Positions 13,687 through 25,902 of a stretch of 64,000 nt of DNA are shown piece by piece. The first letter of the stretch is position 1; each line of letters begins with the position of its first letter. The DNA is from Octopus vulgaris. Taxonomy: Eukaryota. The stretch is from contig OX597815.1 in the NCBI GenBank assembly GCA_951406725.2, positions 37,758,001-37,822,000 of the forward strand, read 5' to 3'. The notes under the pieces are model-generated. The model did not search any database. It saw only the letters and a list, made by a program, of their open reading frames with translations, and was not told the origin of the DNA. The translations under genes were made by a program, and so were the position numbers.

Positions 13687-14251
13687 TTCTCGGAAACTTT
13701 CTGGAAAATTAAAATGGGGATTAAACGAACAAATGAGTTACGTAAATATCTGATACCATTTATTTCACATCTCACACAAATATTATGTAATACATTTATA
13801 TATTTCCATGTATATTTATATGGAAATATGTAATAATCTCCCTACACTCCTTCAATTCTTCGGAGGTCATGAAAGCACTATCGACGCAATGAATATTTTA
13901 GAGTGTGTTCTCGGAAACTTTCTGGAAAATTAAAATGGGCAAGATTAAACGAATTAATCAAATAAAAGAATAGCAGCAAAGAAAAATAAAGTCAAAAAAA
14001 AGTTTGTTGTAATTTATCATATACACCAAAGCATTTACTGTAGAACGACGATCAACCAAGTGTGTTCATTTGGGCGTGTTTACAATATGTAAACAGACCG
14101 AAGAGTTAAAGCTTTCTCATGATATTTCATGCAAGATCTAAAACAATTAATCATAATAAAAGAATAGCAGCAAAGAAAATAAAGTCAAAAAAAAGTTTGT
14201 TGTAATTTATCATATACACCAAAGCATTTACTGTAGAACGACGATCAACCA
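13687..14251. repeat. Two overlapping direct duplications
   Basis: TTCTCGGAAACTTTCTGGAAAATTAAAATGGG at ~13687 and ~13908; ~97-nt block AATAAAAGAATAGCAGC...GATCAACCA at ~13961 and ~14155. Confidence 0.9.
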
Positions 14252-14532
14252 TTTAATGACTTTTATGGTGACATTTGCACTTGGATCAAAGAAAGTAGAA
14301 ACAAATTGTCTGCATAATGAATTCACTTAACCCTTTCTTATACAATCACGTCGAAACCACGTACTCGCCTGCATCCATAAATCCACAGACCATCAGGAAT
14401 TGAATTTCACATACACACACACCACACTCACACACATTGGCGCATACGCAGAGACACCCAAAGCACATATTCGCACATTTATACATACATACATATATAC
14501 ATACATACATACATACATACATACATACATCC

Positions 14533-14587
<55 letters not shown>

Positions 14588-14590
<3 letters not shown>

Positions 14591-14725
14591 AAAATTCACA
14601 AAAGAAAAGACGAAGGCAGGTGGTGTATAAAACAAACAGATGTATTAGTATAATGCTGGGGAATTGAAAAAGTCTTTAACGTTTCGAGCCGACGCTCTTC
14701 CACAGAAAGGAACACAAAGAAACAA

Positions 14726-14726
<1 letters not shown>
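14588..14726 (-). mobile_element. Short Penelope-type terminal fragment with variant hammerhead motif, inside (TA)n
   Basis: Minus CTTT-CTGTGGAA-GAGC-GTCG-GCTC-GAAA-CGTT-AAAG (14674-14709); homologous to 45540-45663. Confidence 0.7.
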
Positions 14727-14793
<67 letters not shown>

Positions 14794-15189
14794 TTGTTTC
14801 TTTCTGTGTTTCTTAATAATTATATGTATGTATGCATGTGTATATGTCTGTATTGCCCTATATATATATATACATATGTGTGTGTGTGTGTGTGTGTGTA
14901 CGTATGTATTGCCTTATATATATATACATACATGCATACATACATACATACATACATACATACATACATACATACATACATACAGGTATGGGGATTATCT
15001 GACAGGTGATCTAAACGATTAGGTATGCTAGGTAAGTGTTGTAACGGATTACAGATTCTTCTATCGATTGGCTTACCAAACCACCAATTTACAGAGAAGT
15101 AAAAAGAAAGCCCGTAATCGGTGGTCAATTGGGGCTGGGCCACAAACATGAATAGATAGGCACACATGCATACATATGTATATGCAATG

Positions 15190-15300
15190 GGTTTCTTCCA
15201 GGTTCTGACAACCAAATCCACTCAGGGACTGTCGTAGAATACACTCACGTTTCCATGCACTGGCACTGAATCCACAACAGACTTCTTACCATACAGTCAC
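15190..15300 (-). mobile_element. Degraded tRNA-derived SINE (family A)
   Basis: Weak similarity to the 40550 copy. Confidence 0.55.
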
Positions 15301-15707
15301 GTTTATACACGGGTGTGTATTTAAATTTAAAAGAAGCTATGTCGTATGCATGTATCTATATCTATAATACGCACACACACAGGCACACACACACAAACAT
15401 GCAAACAGAGACACACATACACACACACATAGGCACACACACATATAAATGTATAAAGTCATATGCAGGTAGACAGACAGATAAATAAATAAATAAATAG
15501 ATAGATAGATAGATAGATAGGTAGGTAGGTAGGTATGTAGGTAGGTAGGTAGGTAGGTAAACAGTTAAACTGAGAGACATAGACAGATGTATTGACATAC
15601 CTACTTCATGAACGATAAAAATGTTTGCAGTTTGGAGAAAATACAAAATGGAAAAGTATCGAATATGTATAACAGGAGAGCTCGATTTGCATTTTACTCA
15701 TTTCTAC

Positions 15708-15911
15708 TTTAGGCACAAGGCCCGAAATATTTGGGGAGCGGGTCAGTTGATCAGATCGACCCCAGAACACAACCAGTACTTAATTTATCGACCTCGAAAT
15801 GATCAAAGGCAAAATCGACCTCCGCGGAATTTGAACTCAGATCGTGAAGACAGATGATATATCGCTAAGCATTTCGCCCGGCGTGATAACGTTTCTGCCA
15901 ACTCACCGCCT
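15708..15911 (-). mobile_element. tRNA-derived SINE (family B, Nin-domain-like)
   Basis: Reverse complement of the 55956 copy (GGCAGAAACGTTA...CTGAGTTCAAATTCCGC...GGTCGATAAATTAAGTAC). Confidence 0.85.
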
Positions 15912-16399
15912 CAGTTTGTATTTTATTAAATCGTTTAAGTTCGTTCAGGCGTTGACACATTCCTTTACATACAGTGGCATAAATGATAGCAAAATTTACA
16001 TGTCTATCCAAAACCGAACACGTGATTTTTGCATGCGTTTGTTTCTGATTTATTATATGTATTTTCAAGAATGTGACATTTATTGCAGTATCAAATTTTC
16101 TATGAAATACATAAAAAACAGCATAGATATGTACAATACTCATGTGAAAAGAAACTTTACAATTCTAAAAACTGTAATTCGCACAAGTAAAGGAATACAT
16201 TTTTCACTTATTCAAGCATGTTTCATGCTTATAAAATGGGAATTTCATAGCGATGAAATTCAAAGAATTTCACGATTTAACAAAATACAAATGAAATAGT
16301 AAGTGTAGAATATGTATGTAATAGTTCTCCATGCTTCCTCATCAATTTTCTCTATTGTTGAATCACGAACACTTTAGTCTGTCATGAAGTAATTATATC

Positions 16400-16586
16400 T
16401 ATGCATGTACATATGTGCGTACATATCTATGTACATTTTTACGTATGTATATATGTATGTATGTACACATGTATGCATATTGCGCTTTGTATATATATAT
16501 ATATATATATATACACATACTTACACACACATATATGTATGTTTGTATGGATACATACATACATAGAAACATACATACCCATACAC

Positions 16587-16643
<57 letters not shown>

Positions 16644-16714
16644 TATATACAAACATACATACATACATACATGCATACATATATCTATGTATAATCTGGA
16701 TCTCATCTGGGAAC

Positions 16715-16768
<54 letters not shown>

Positions 16769-16865
16769 ATGCATGTATCTATCTATCTATTTATCCATCT
16801 ATATATGAGTGTATGTGTGTGTGTCTACATGTGCACCTATGTGTGTGTATGTGTGTATATACTCA
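16400..16865. repeat. Compound (TA)n/(TACA)n/(TG)n microsatellites
   Basis: Direct reading. Confidence 0.9.
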
Positions 16866-17212
16866 TATCTCCCGAAGATATTTATTTTGCAGTGGCATGA
16901 ACGTTTCTGCTTTTTCAAAATGATTATCCATCTTTTACCATTTTCAAATAGCATTCATGAGTAGAACGCATGAACTTACCATATTAGTGAAGTTCTTTAT
17001 TGATTGAAATTAATGAATCATGATTTCCAGACAAAATATTCGGCAATAATTTCAAATAAGTAATACTGAAGAAGGAAAGAACGTTGCGTTAATCACATAG
17101 CACACATATACACGGATACACGCACGCACATGTACATACATAACCAAGTATAAAATCTTTATAAGATTTTATCAAGTAGCCAGCATGTAATAAAACCATA
17201 TAGGTAAAAATT

Positions 17213-17595
17213 AATACAAAATATATAATTATATAATTATAATAAGGACACGAATGAGAAGTACCACATGTTAGAAATAGACGCCAAATGGCTTTAAAAA
17301 CTACACGCTTGTGGAAACGTGATATTCATATGGGTATATATAAATGTTTATAGTTATGTACATTGAGTTGTACCATACTGATGACGGTAAAGGGAGTTAC
17401 ATACTTGAAGTAGAAATTGATTTATGGTTAAGCACTCTTTTAAAAAAATCTTTTTTTTGTTCACTGCCCTCGCTTTCAGCCCGTGGCAATGTAGTAAATA
17501 ATATGGTTCTCGGAGCTATTTGGTTTCTATTTCTAGCATGTGGCGCTACTCATTAGGGCTCTTATTATATTTATATAATTATATATTTTGTATTC
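17213..17595. mobile_element. Inverted-repeat insert (Penelope-type) with decayed hammerhead in the spacer
   Basis: ~80-nt arms at 17213-17295 and 17513-17595; plus ACCATA-CTGATGA-CGGTA...TACTT-GAAG...TATGGT at 17372-17428. Confidence 0.7.
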
Positions 17596-17617
17596 ATGTA
17601 TAGATACATATATATAT

Positions 17618-17680
<63 letters not shown>

Positions 17681-17825
17681 AACTTGACAGTCTTGTAGAG
17701 GGAATTACACCACCGCTATATTGCCCTAAGAAAAAAATCGACGCTTCCTTTCGGCTTTGACACATTTCCTGTGTCCTTATATATGCAAAGGAGAGGCAAG
17801 CGCCCCCACCAGCTAGGACTAGCAA

Positions 17826-17872
17826 CCTGAATACATTCATGTTTCTGGGTATTGCCCGTCATCAGTTCAAGG
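17826..17872 (-). ncRNA. Type I hammerhead ribozyme (copy 1, stems slightly mutated)
   Basis: Minus: TTGAA-CTGATGA-CGGGCAATACCCA-GAAA-CATGAATG-TA-TTCAGG. Confidence 0.75.
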
Positions 17873-18180
17873 TAGCGTGTCCCCGCTAGCGGTGATACTT
17901 ACCAAGCCTTTGCAAATATATCTATTTACAGTGAAATTTATTCACTGGTCGCCGTAATTAGAAATATTGAATTTCTAAATGTCTCAACGAGACATGAGCG
18001 GTGGCGGAGCGATAGAATGGTTGTATAAAGTCAACATAACGTGACAGTCCCGTAGAGGGAATTACACCATCGCCATGTAGCCCTAGGAAGCAACGACGCT
18101 TCCTGTTGGCTTTGACACAATTCCTGTGTCTTTATATTTGCAAAGGGGAGGGAAGCACATCCATCAGCTAGGACTAGCAA

Positions 18181-18227
18181 CCTGAATACATGCATGTTTC
18201 TGGGTATTGCCCGTCATCAGTTCAGGG
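18181..18227 (-). ncRNA. Type I hammerhead ribozyme (copy 2)
   Basis: Minus: CCTGAA-CTGATGA-CGGGCAATACCCA-GAAA-CATGCATG-TA-TTCAGG. Perfect 6-bp stem I, palindromic stem III, GUA triplet; C.A mismatch closes stem II. Confidence 0.85.
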
Positions 18228-18349
18228 AAGCGTGTCCCCGCTAGCGGTGATACTTACCAAGCCTTTGCAAATATTGTATGTAAATATTTGGTAGGATGGT
18301 GTGTGTATATGTGTGCACAGACACACAAACACACACACGCATATATATA

Positions 18350-18521
18350 CATATATACGACGGGCTTCTTTCAGTTTCCGTCTACTAAATCCACTCACAA
18401 GGCTTTGGTCGGCCCGAGGCTATAGTAGAAAACACTTGCCCAAGGTGCCACGCAGTGGGACTGAACCCGGGACCGTGTGGTTGGTAAACAAGCTACTTAC
18501 CACACAGCCACTCCTGCGCCT
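18350..18521 (-). mobile_element. tRNA-derived CORE-like SINE (family A, resembles octopus OR-type)
   Basis: Minus GGCGCAGGAGTGGCTGTGTGGTAAG (A box), GGTTCAGTCCC (B box), CCTTGGGCAAGT. Confidence 0.9.
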
Positions 18522-18544
18522 ATGTGGGCATGGTTTATGTAGTT

Positions 18545-18812
18545 TCCGGTTGTGTGTGTGTGTGCGCATGTGTGTGCTGCATTTGTGAGTGATTTGTTTT
18601 GTTTGTATTGTTAGTGCACCGTGTGAGTATACGTGTGGGTGTGTTTTTGTGAGTGTGTCTATGTGTCTTGTATTTGTCAGGGTGGCGTGTGTACATGCTT
18701 GTGTGTATGTATGTTTGTGAGTGTTTGTTATGGTTGTTAGGATTGTATTGTGAGTGTGTGTGTTTTTTCTTTTGAGTGTGTGTGTGTGATTTTATTACTG
18801 GGGTATGGGCGT

Positions 18813-18843
<31 letters not shown>

Positions 18844-19130
18844 ACAGGTGTACATAAATGCGTGTGTGTTTGTGTGAGTGTTGTTGTAGTTGCGTGTATG
18901 TTTTGTAGGTGTGTGCATGTGTGTTTACATATGTGTATATGTGTGTGTGAGTGTTGGTTATGGTTGCTAGAATCCTATTGCAAGTGTATATATGCATGTG
19001 TTTTTTTCTTGAAATGTGTGTGAGGATATTGTGTTTGTGAATGTGTGTATTTGCGTCGGAGGTTAGCATTGTTGTTGTGTGTGTGTGATTTTGTATATCT
19101 GTATGTGTTTGTTTTGGATGTGTACCTGGA
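18545..19130. repeat. Degenerate TG-rich low-complexity tract
   Basis: Direct reading. Confidence 0.85.
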
Positions 19131-19529
19131 AGGTATGTTAGAGCATGCTGAATTGTGGTCTGTATTTTTGAATAAGATTATTTTCCCTATTTATTCGAGT
19201 TTGGTCATTGGTGTTGTCAGGGCATTGGTATAGTGGGAAAACTGGGAATTTGGGGGACTTGTTGTGTGCACAGAGGTCTAAATGCCCACAAAGTGGTATC
19301 TCTCTTGTGGTGGGATCCCTCCGTTGTTGGCGGTCATATAAAGTACACAAATGGTACTTAGTTTTTCGCCCCCGAATAGACGAAAGAAAAAATCGATCTC
19401 GGCAGAATTTGAACTCAAAATGTATAGACAGACGGTCATAGTTTAGAAACATTTCTCATGGCACCAGTATACTGTTTAGAGATGCTTACATTTTTTATGT
19501 TTTCTGTGAATTTTTCACGGGTTCAGCTA

Positions 19530-19551
19530 GTTATTATTGTTGTTGTTATTA

Positions 19552-19642
<91 letters not shown>

Positions 19643-19656
19643 TATTATTATTATTA

Positions 19657-19712
<56 letters not shown>
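19530..19712. repeat. (TTA)n microsatellite
   Basis: Direct reading; source of the poly-I and poly-L ORFs. Confidence 0.97.
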
Positions 19713-19713
<1 letters not shown>

Positions 19714-19723
19714 GTTTATTATT

Positions 19724-19855
19724 GCGTTCTGAGTTCATATTCCGCAGAGGCCGACTTTATTTTTCATCCCTTCGGGTCGATAAGGTAAGTATCAGTTAAA
19801 CATTGGGATCGATGTAATCGACTTGCCCCATCCCCCACAAATGCTGACCCTGTAT
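19724..19855 (+). mobile_element. SINE family B, 5'-truncated
   Basis: GTTCTGAGTTCA...TTTCATCCCTTCGGGTCGATAA...GATGTAATCGACT. Confidence 0.8.
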
Positions 19856-22070
19856 CAACAGCTTGTTTAAGCATTTAATATGTAAACTACAGTACGAGAA
19901 TGTAGATCTTTATCAGTTAACGCTTTACCGTCGTGTATATATTTAGTTGTTGACATTTTTTACATGGCTATGTATTTACATATTCAGGTATGCATTCAAT
20001 AAAAAAATACTTCAGGATGGCCGAAGATATGTTACCCATATCATCTCATTTAAAAATAAAGACATTTACAATAATTTCAGAGTATATCTAGCGACCGACA
20101 TAGAGCAAAATGGCTAAGTGGAGCACAGATGGCTAAGTGGAGCACAGCGAGAAAAATACAGACTGTGTCTTAATGAAACAAAATATAAAAAATCCTTCAT
20201 ACATCGCGATCCAAGCTATTGTTTGCAATTTACAAAACTCTGAAGCGATTAATGGAGCTCCTGCTTTTTGAAATTGCCAACATTACTACCATTTTTTTTT
20301 TTGGATATGTGGCAGGTCACCAGTTTACTTGAATAATCATTTATTCTCTATTTCAAGAGCTATGTTACTTATTTTCGAATTACCACAGACCATTATATAT
20401 TACGTTATTCTATTTTATCATTTTATAAATTAGATCTGATTTTTCTCTTTATATGTTTTATGTTCTTTAATCTTTTTTGATATTGTCAAGCAATTTCAAT
20501 CATGTAGCTTTTCTACTTCAGTTCTATGTTTTACAAATTCAATTATTATATTGAATATCGAATTTTTTAATAAAATGTACACAAGTTTCTACTTCATAAA
20601 AATCCAGAAGTTATCTCTCATGCTGCTTCCTGTGCATATGACGCAAATTCAGCGATGTTAATGTTAAAATGATGACAAGAATAGCAATTGTCTAACGGTA
20701 AAAATGCTCAGTAATTGTAGTTAAATTAACCGATTATAATTTTTGATATACGCTCACATACAAAAATTTCAGTAAATAAATATAAATATACATAGGCGCG
20801 AGTGTGTGTGTATTTATGGATGTGTTGTGTATTTGTGTGCGTAATTCTTATCGTGACTAGCTTTGACAGTCTTCTTTCTGAAAATATGTGGCCTAATGTT
20901 AGAAATCATTTTCCTTTGAAATGATAAAATATTGGAGATAGGATTCGCGTAATTACCAGAAGTACTTGGGAACCAGTCAGCGGACACAAATGAATTGCAA
21001 AGACTTGATTGATAAAACTTTAAATCCTTTAAATCATGTTGCTATTGTTGATGTCGCTGTTCCTTAGCCCAAGGTAAATAATGCGATCAAACATTTTCCA
21101 ATCTTTAATCACCTGACCAAAATCTGGTACGCTTTTGATCACAGAGCTGATAAAATATATTCATATCGCAAAAAATGATCAATGGTCTCCCATCTATGAC
21201 TGTTTCGGTATTTAGCTCAAACATATATCGAAAATATATTTTAGGTTCGATTTAAAAGGCCTTAAAGTATAGTTCATTTAGAGTATAGTTCATTTCTCCA
21301 TTTCGTAGAACATATCCATATTACAGCAAATTTTGTAAAAAAAATTGCAACCATTAATTTTATATCAAGTGCAAAAAAATAAATTTACTGCAAGTGTAAC
21401 TACTCTTGAAAAATAATGCATTTATCATATGACATTCCAGAAACATATATAGACGTATATTGCATCTATACATTCATAAGATACCGTAATTCTTCGAGCA
21501 TGGTTGTTGTATAGTTATAAATGATGGGTGGCTTAATAAAAGATGTGTGATTACATCTGTCTAACCCACCTCGGGATATAAAAGTGAAAGAGAATGCGCA
21601 ATCAAAGTCAATAGCATATTAGTTCTCTTGACCACCTTGTTAAACATTTCAAAATAGTGGACTTAAAAGAAGCGGATCAGTTGTCCCCGCTTCAGGATTT
21701 TGAAATATAATTACATTCATAAACAATATAAATTATAAAATTATAGCTCTCACATGTGGATTATGATGGGTAACATTAATATTTACTTGACACAATATTT
21801 ATTAGTTTTATTTTACAATGTATTACACAAATATCAAGCCATCTTGCACTATCATCTGCTAAATACTGTTTGGAGTTCTATATAGAATTACATTCACCTC
21901 TTGAATCACTTTGAATGTGAACTATATAGCTTGTGAATAAGGAAGATTTCCATCTGCTGATGGGTGTCCTGTCCGTGATAAATTCAATATGGTAAGGCAG
22001 ATGCACACTGGCCGTCTCTGCAGCCAAATGAATTAGTGACCCCTTTCGTGCACGTTCACACATACATGCT

Positions 22071-22111
<41 letters not shown>

Positions 22112-22344
22112 CACAAGATCGAGCGGAAAATTTGCGAGTTATTGGTCATATTTAAGCAAATGCGGTTTTGTTGATTGAATAACAACCGTCAACCTCACAA
22201 ATGGTTTCCAACATTTTCTCTTGCTCGAAATTATTTTATTCTGAAGTTAAGAGAAATCCTTAAGTTTGTGGTGTCTAGTTAAAATAATATATTCATACAT
22301 ACAAATATACTTATACATATGTATGTATGTATATATTCTATTCT

Positions 22345-22505
22345 TTAATTCTTTTACTTGTTTCAGTCATTTCACTTATTCTATCGGTCTCTTTTGCCGA
22401 AACGCTAACTCACGGGGTTGTAAACACACCAGCATCGTTTGTCAAGCGATGATGGAGGGACAAACACAGACACACACATGCAAATAAATACACACACATA
22501 CACAA

Positions 22506-22536
<31 letters not shown>

Positions 22537-22690
22537 ACAGGCTTGTTTCAGTTTCTGTTTACCAAATCTACACACATGGCTTTGGTCCGCCAGAGGCTAT
22601 GGTAGAAGAAACTTGCCGAATGTGCTACGCAGTGGGACCGAAGCCGGAATCATGAGGTTGGAAAGAAAGCTTCTTCTGCCACCCCTGCAC
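22345..22690 (-). mobile_element. SINE family A with internal microsatellite
   Basis: Both halves match the 40550-40943 copy in reverse complement. Confidence 0.8.
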
Positions 22691-22701
22691 CTATATATAG
22701 G

Positions 22702-23024
22702 AGCATTCCGTCGGTTGCGACGACGAGGGTCCCAGCTGATACGATCAGTGGAACAACTTGCTCGTGAAATTAACATGCAAGTGACTGAGCACTCCACAAA
22801 CACTTGTACCCTTAACGTAGTTCTCGGGGAGATTCAGCGTGACTCAGAGTGTGACAATGCTAACCCTTTGAAATGTAGGTGCTACTCATTTTTGCCACCT
22901 GAGTAACTGGAGCAACGTGAAATAAAGTGTCTTGCTCAAGGACAAAACGCGCCGCCGGGAATTGAACTCAAGTCCTTACAATCATGAGCCGAATGCCCCT
23001 AACCACTAAGCCACGCGCCTTCAC
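22702..23024 (-). mobile_element. tRNA-derived SINE (family C)
   Basis: Minus GTGAAGGCGCGTGGCTTAGTGGTTAGGG...GAGTTCAATTCCC...GTCCTTGAGCAAGACAC; matches 38028 and 60222. Confidence 0.9.
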
Positions 23025-23034
23025 ACTCTCTCTC

Positions 23035-24058
23035 TAGTAATTGTTGGGATTACAATGGCAGGAATTATTACGCTAATAACTGGGGATGGTGAAGTCGTAG
23101 AATTCTTCTACAACTACTTCTGACTGTCTTCAGGTGTACGACAAGAAATTGGATTCTGTTGCTATACACATGGTCTTCCAGCAGCAACCTTTGCCAGTCA
23201 GAGTTTGACTGCAGTCACCAGAAGCTTCACGTAGCCGTCTGAATTGAGCGAAGTCCCTGTTCAGAGATGTGGGCGGAATGACGTCACTTTCGCAAGAGAC
23301 ATACAAAGATCCTCACAGTTTCACAGTTTGGGGTAACTTGGCTCTCATGATACATGGAACATTAAAAGGATTGTAGGTAAGCTACCTATTTTTCTGAATG
23401 TTGTGCAACTGTTCCTGGCAAGTCTTTTCATCTGTGAAGAACCAGATCATCTCTGGTTCAAAAGGATAACTTAACTCAGGTTGTTCAGGAGCTTTCTTTG
23501 CCTTCATCAAGCAGTTCTCATTGACCATGAGTGTCAGAATTTCTCTCTTACGTCTCTTGCACGAGTGTTAGGGAATATCCTCATTCAAGATCAGTTTCAT
23601 GGTGGCAAATCCAATACCCATCTCTCTGGCCAAATCCGGATTCCCTCGGTCAAAACTTACATCACCTTGTCCTGCTTTTGTTTGATGTATTCCGGTGTGC
23701 CGAGGAAGTCAGAACGTCTGCTGTGCCCTTTCCCGCTGTCCACAGCTCTATAACTTCCATTGCGGCTGTCCATGTCACGTCTTACAGCATTTAAATTGTT
23801 CCCTGAGCATTGTTCCCTGAGCACTAAGCAGCAGTTATGATATCAGCATTTTGATAACCAGCATGAATCATCATTATACATATGACACTTTACCAATATT
23901 CAGATGATTTCCTTTCTTCCATATCAGCTCTCTTTTTCTCAACTACTAATAATTTCTATACTCTCCAGCGCCATTGACAGCTGTTCAGCAATACATCAGG
24001 CTGTTCCTGAAAAAAAATCGAGACATAAAACATCGTCAAATTTAGCCCGAACACACTG
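23035..24058 (-). mobile_element. maT/DD37D-like transposon, decayed
   Basis: Terminus TACAGTGTTCGGGCTAAATTT (minus); WFFTDEK motif (~23430-23450) and ENFYDF-like motif (~23100); homologous to 31036-31912. Confidence 0.8.
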
Positions 24059-24659
24059 TATATATATATGCCTACATGCATACATACATACATACATATA
24101 TGTACATACGTATGTACACACATACGCACACATTCACACTCACATACACATACATACACACACACATATATACAAACACACACACACACACACGCGTGTA
24201 TGCGGATATTAGATATTAACTATGCTGGAGAGTAATACAAGACTTAGGCATTAGGTTTAAATATATCAATACCATCCATAGTTATTATCAGTTGACATGT
24301 TGGCATGACTAGAGCAGGCCTGTATATTTTATACGCCGCATTTAGTCATTCATTTTATAGGCTTCTGTAAAAAAGAAACACATTTCTAATTCGTAGACGT
24401 GTAATATTTCGTGTAATCACATTTACCGAATAAATGTCAGCCTGCAGTTTTCGTGCTTAATGCATATTAGACATAGGATATTTCCATTTATATTTACAAT
24501 TATGAAACAGAAACTTCCCGATTGAAAATTATATCGTCGAAAATAAGTGACTATCTTTTGAATTTTCCTATTTTCTACTCCTTTATTTACAACATAAAGT
24601 TAACCATTGCGAATGTGTCTATTACTGCACTTGGATTGTATTGCCAATATATAAATAGA

Positions 24660-25759
24660 CTAGCTTAAGGTGACCCGCTCTACGCGCGGGTGAGGGTGTG
24701 GCTGTTACTTTCTGTTGCTTCCTTTCTGTTTCTTATCGCCACATTCTCCCTCTTTGTTTCTCCTTTCCCTCTCACTTTCCCACTCTCTTACTCTTCCTTT
24801 CTATCGGACTTTCCCTTACTCTCTATCTTTATCTATCTCTCTCCCATTTATAAAAAACAAAAGATCTTGAGTAATTTGAGAAAGAAATATTTTGAAAGGC
24901 CAATCATAAATATCCAGGCAGTGACAACGGAAAGCACACTTGCATTTCGTACGAGCCACTATTTGAGCGATTAAAATTAAGGAAAAAAAGAATTTCTTTG
25001 TGAAATTTAGTACTTAATTTGGGAATTTTTCGATGATTGACCAAGCAAATGAAAGCTCTAAACACGGGCTACATGCGGCTGTAAAAATAAAAAGCAAAAA
25101 ATACGTAAAAGTGAGAAATATTTTTCAATTTCAAAAATCTTGCCTTAATTTTCAAAATTTCGAACCCATTTTCCACGTTTAAATTACAAATCCACTTCCA
25201 CTTTACCATGTTGAAACTTTGATTGAAATTGGGCAAAAGGTGTCCAGTCTAGACCCCCAAGTGTCCCCAAAAATCAATAAAATCCCCGTCTTCACAGCAA
25301 AGCAACCACTGTAGCGCCCCGAAACATCTCTCAATCAATTTCCCACCTCAAGTTACCACCTCCTGTAAATTTTAATCCTCTTCCAGCCCCATTTAGACCC
25401 CCTTTTACATAAAAATCCAATTTGTATAAACGTTCGCCTTATTCATTTTATAGATAAGATTAAAACTAACCGCCTCTAGCCCCTGCAGCAACGCGAAAAG
25501 CCACCTTTATTCAAAAAGCGCAACCTGTCTATCTCATAACACTCAATATTTCCCATACTCCTCCCCATGGCAACCAAACGGTTGCCCCTACCGACTTGCA
25601 ACCATCCTCACACCATTGCTCACCCAATTTTACCCCCAGTGTAAATTTTGGCGCCAATCCGACCCCCATCTATCGCCCTTAAACCGTTCCCATCCTAAAA
25701 TGAGATAAATAACCAAGAAATCAAACAACTTTTTCGCATTTCAGCTTTATAGATAATGA
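24660..25759 (-). mobile_element. Non-autonomous Helitron
   Basis: Minus 3' end: hairpin ACCCGC-n7-GCGGGT, then CTAG|T; 5' end A|TCATTATCTATAAAGC; second internal 5'-like end at ~25459. Confidence 0.82.
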
Positions 25760-25902
25760 TGATTATATATACATTCCACATAAGTCATATTACTTTAGGT
25801 TACTATACATAGAAAGAGAACCCTAAAGCAATAAAATTCCATTTTTTATCTTTCACAGCCTTGATACGAGACACTTGATAATAGTGCTTGTTATCTTTGA
25901 CA

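Larger units (their letters stand above)
17681..18274 (-). mobile_element. Head-to-tail repeat, 355-nt period, one hammerhead per unit (retrozyme-like or PLE terminal repeat)
   Basis: 17681-17920 repeats at 18038-18274; hammerheads start at 17826 and 18181. Confidence 0.85.

Noticed and set aside
17895-17905. U1 snRNA 5' end (ATACTTACC)
   Set aside because: Only 9 nt match and no U1 body follows; better read as an antisense splice-donor-like motif.
21930-21997. Possible small exon (AG...GTAAGG)
   Set aside because: Weak polypyrimidine tract, no recognisable peptide, no supported partner exons.
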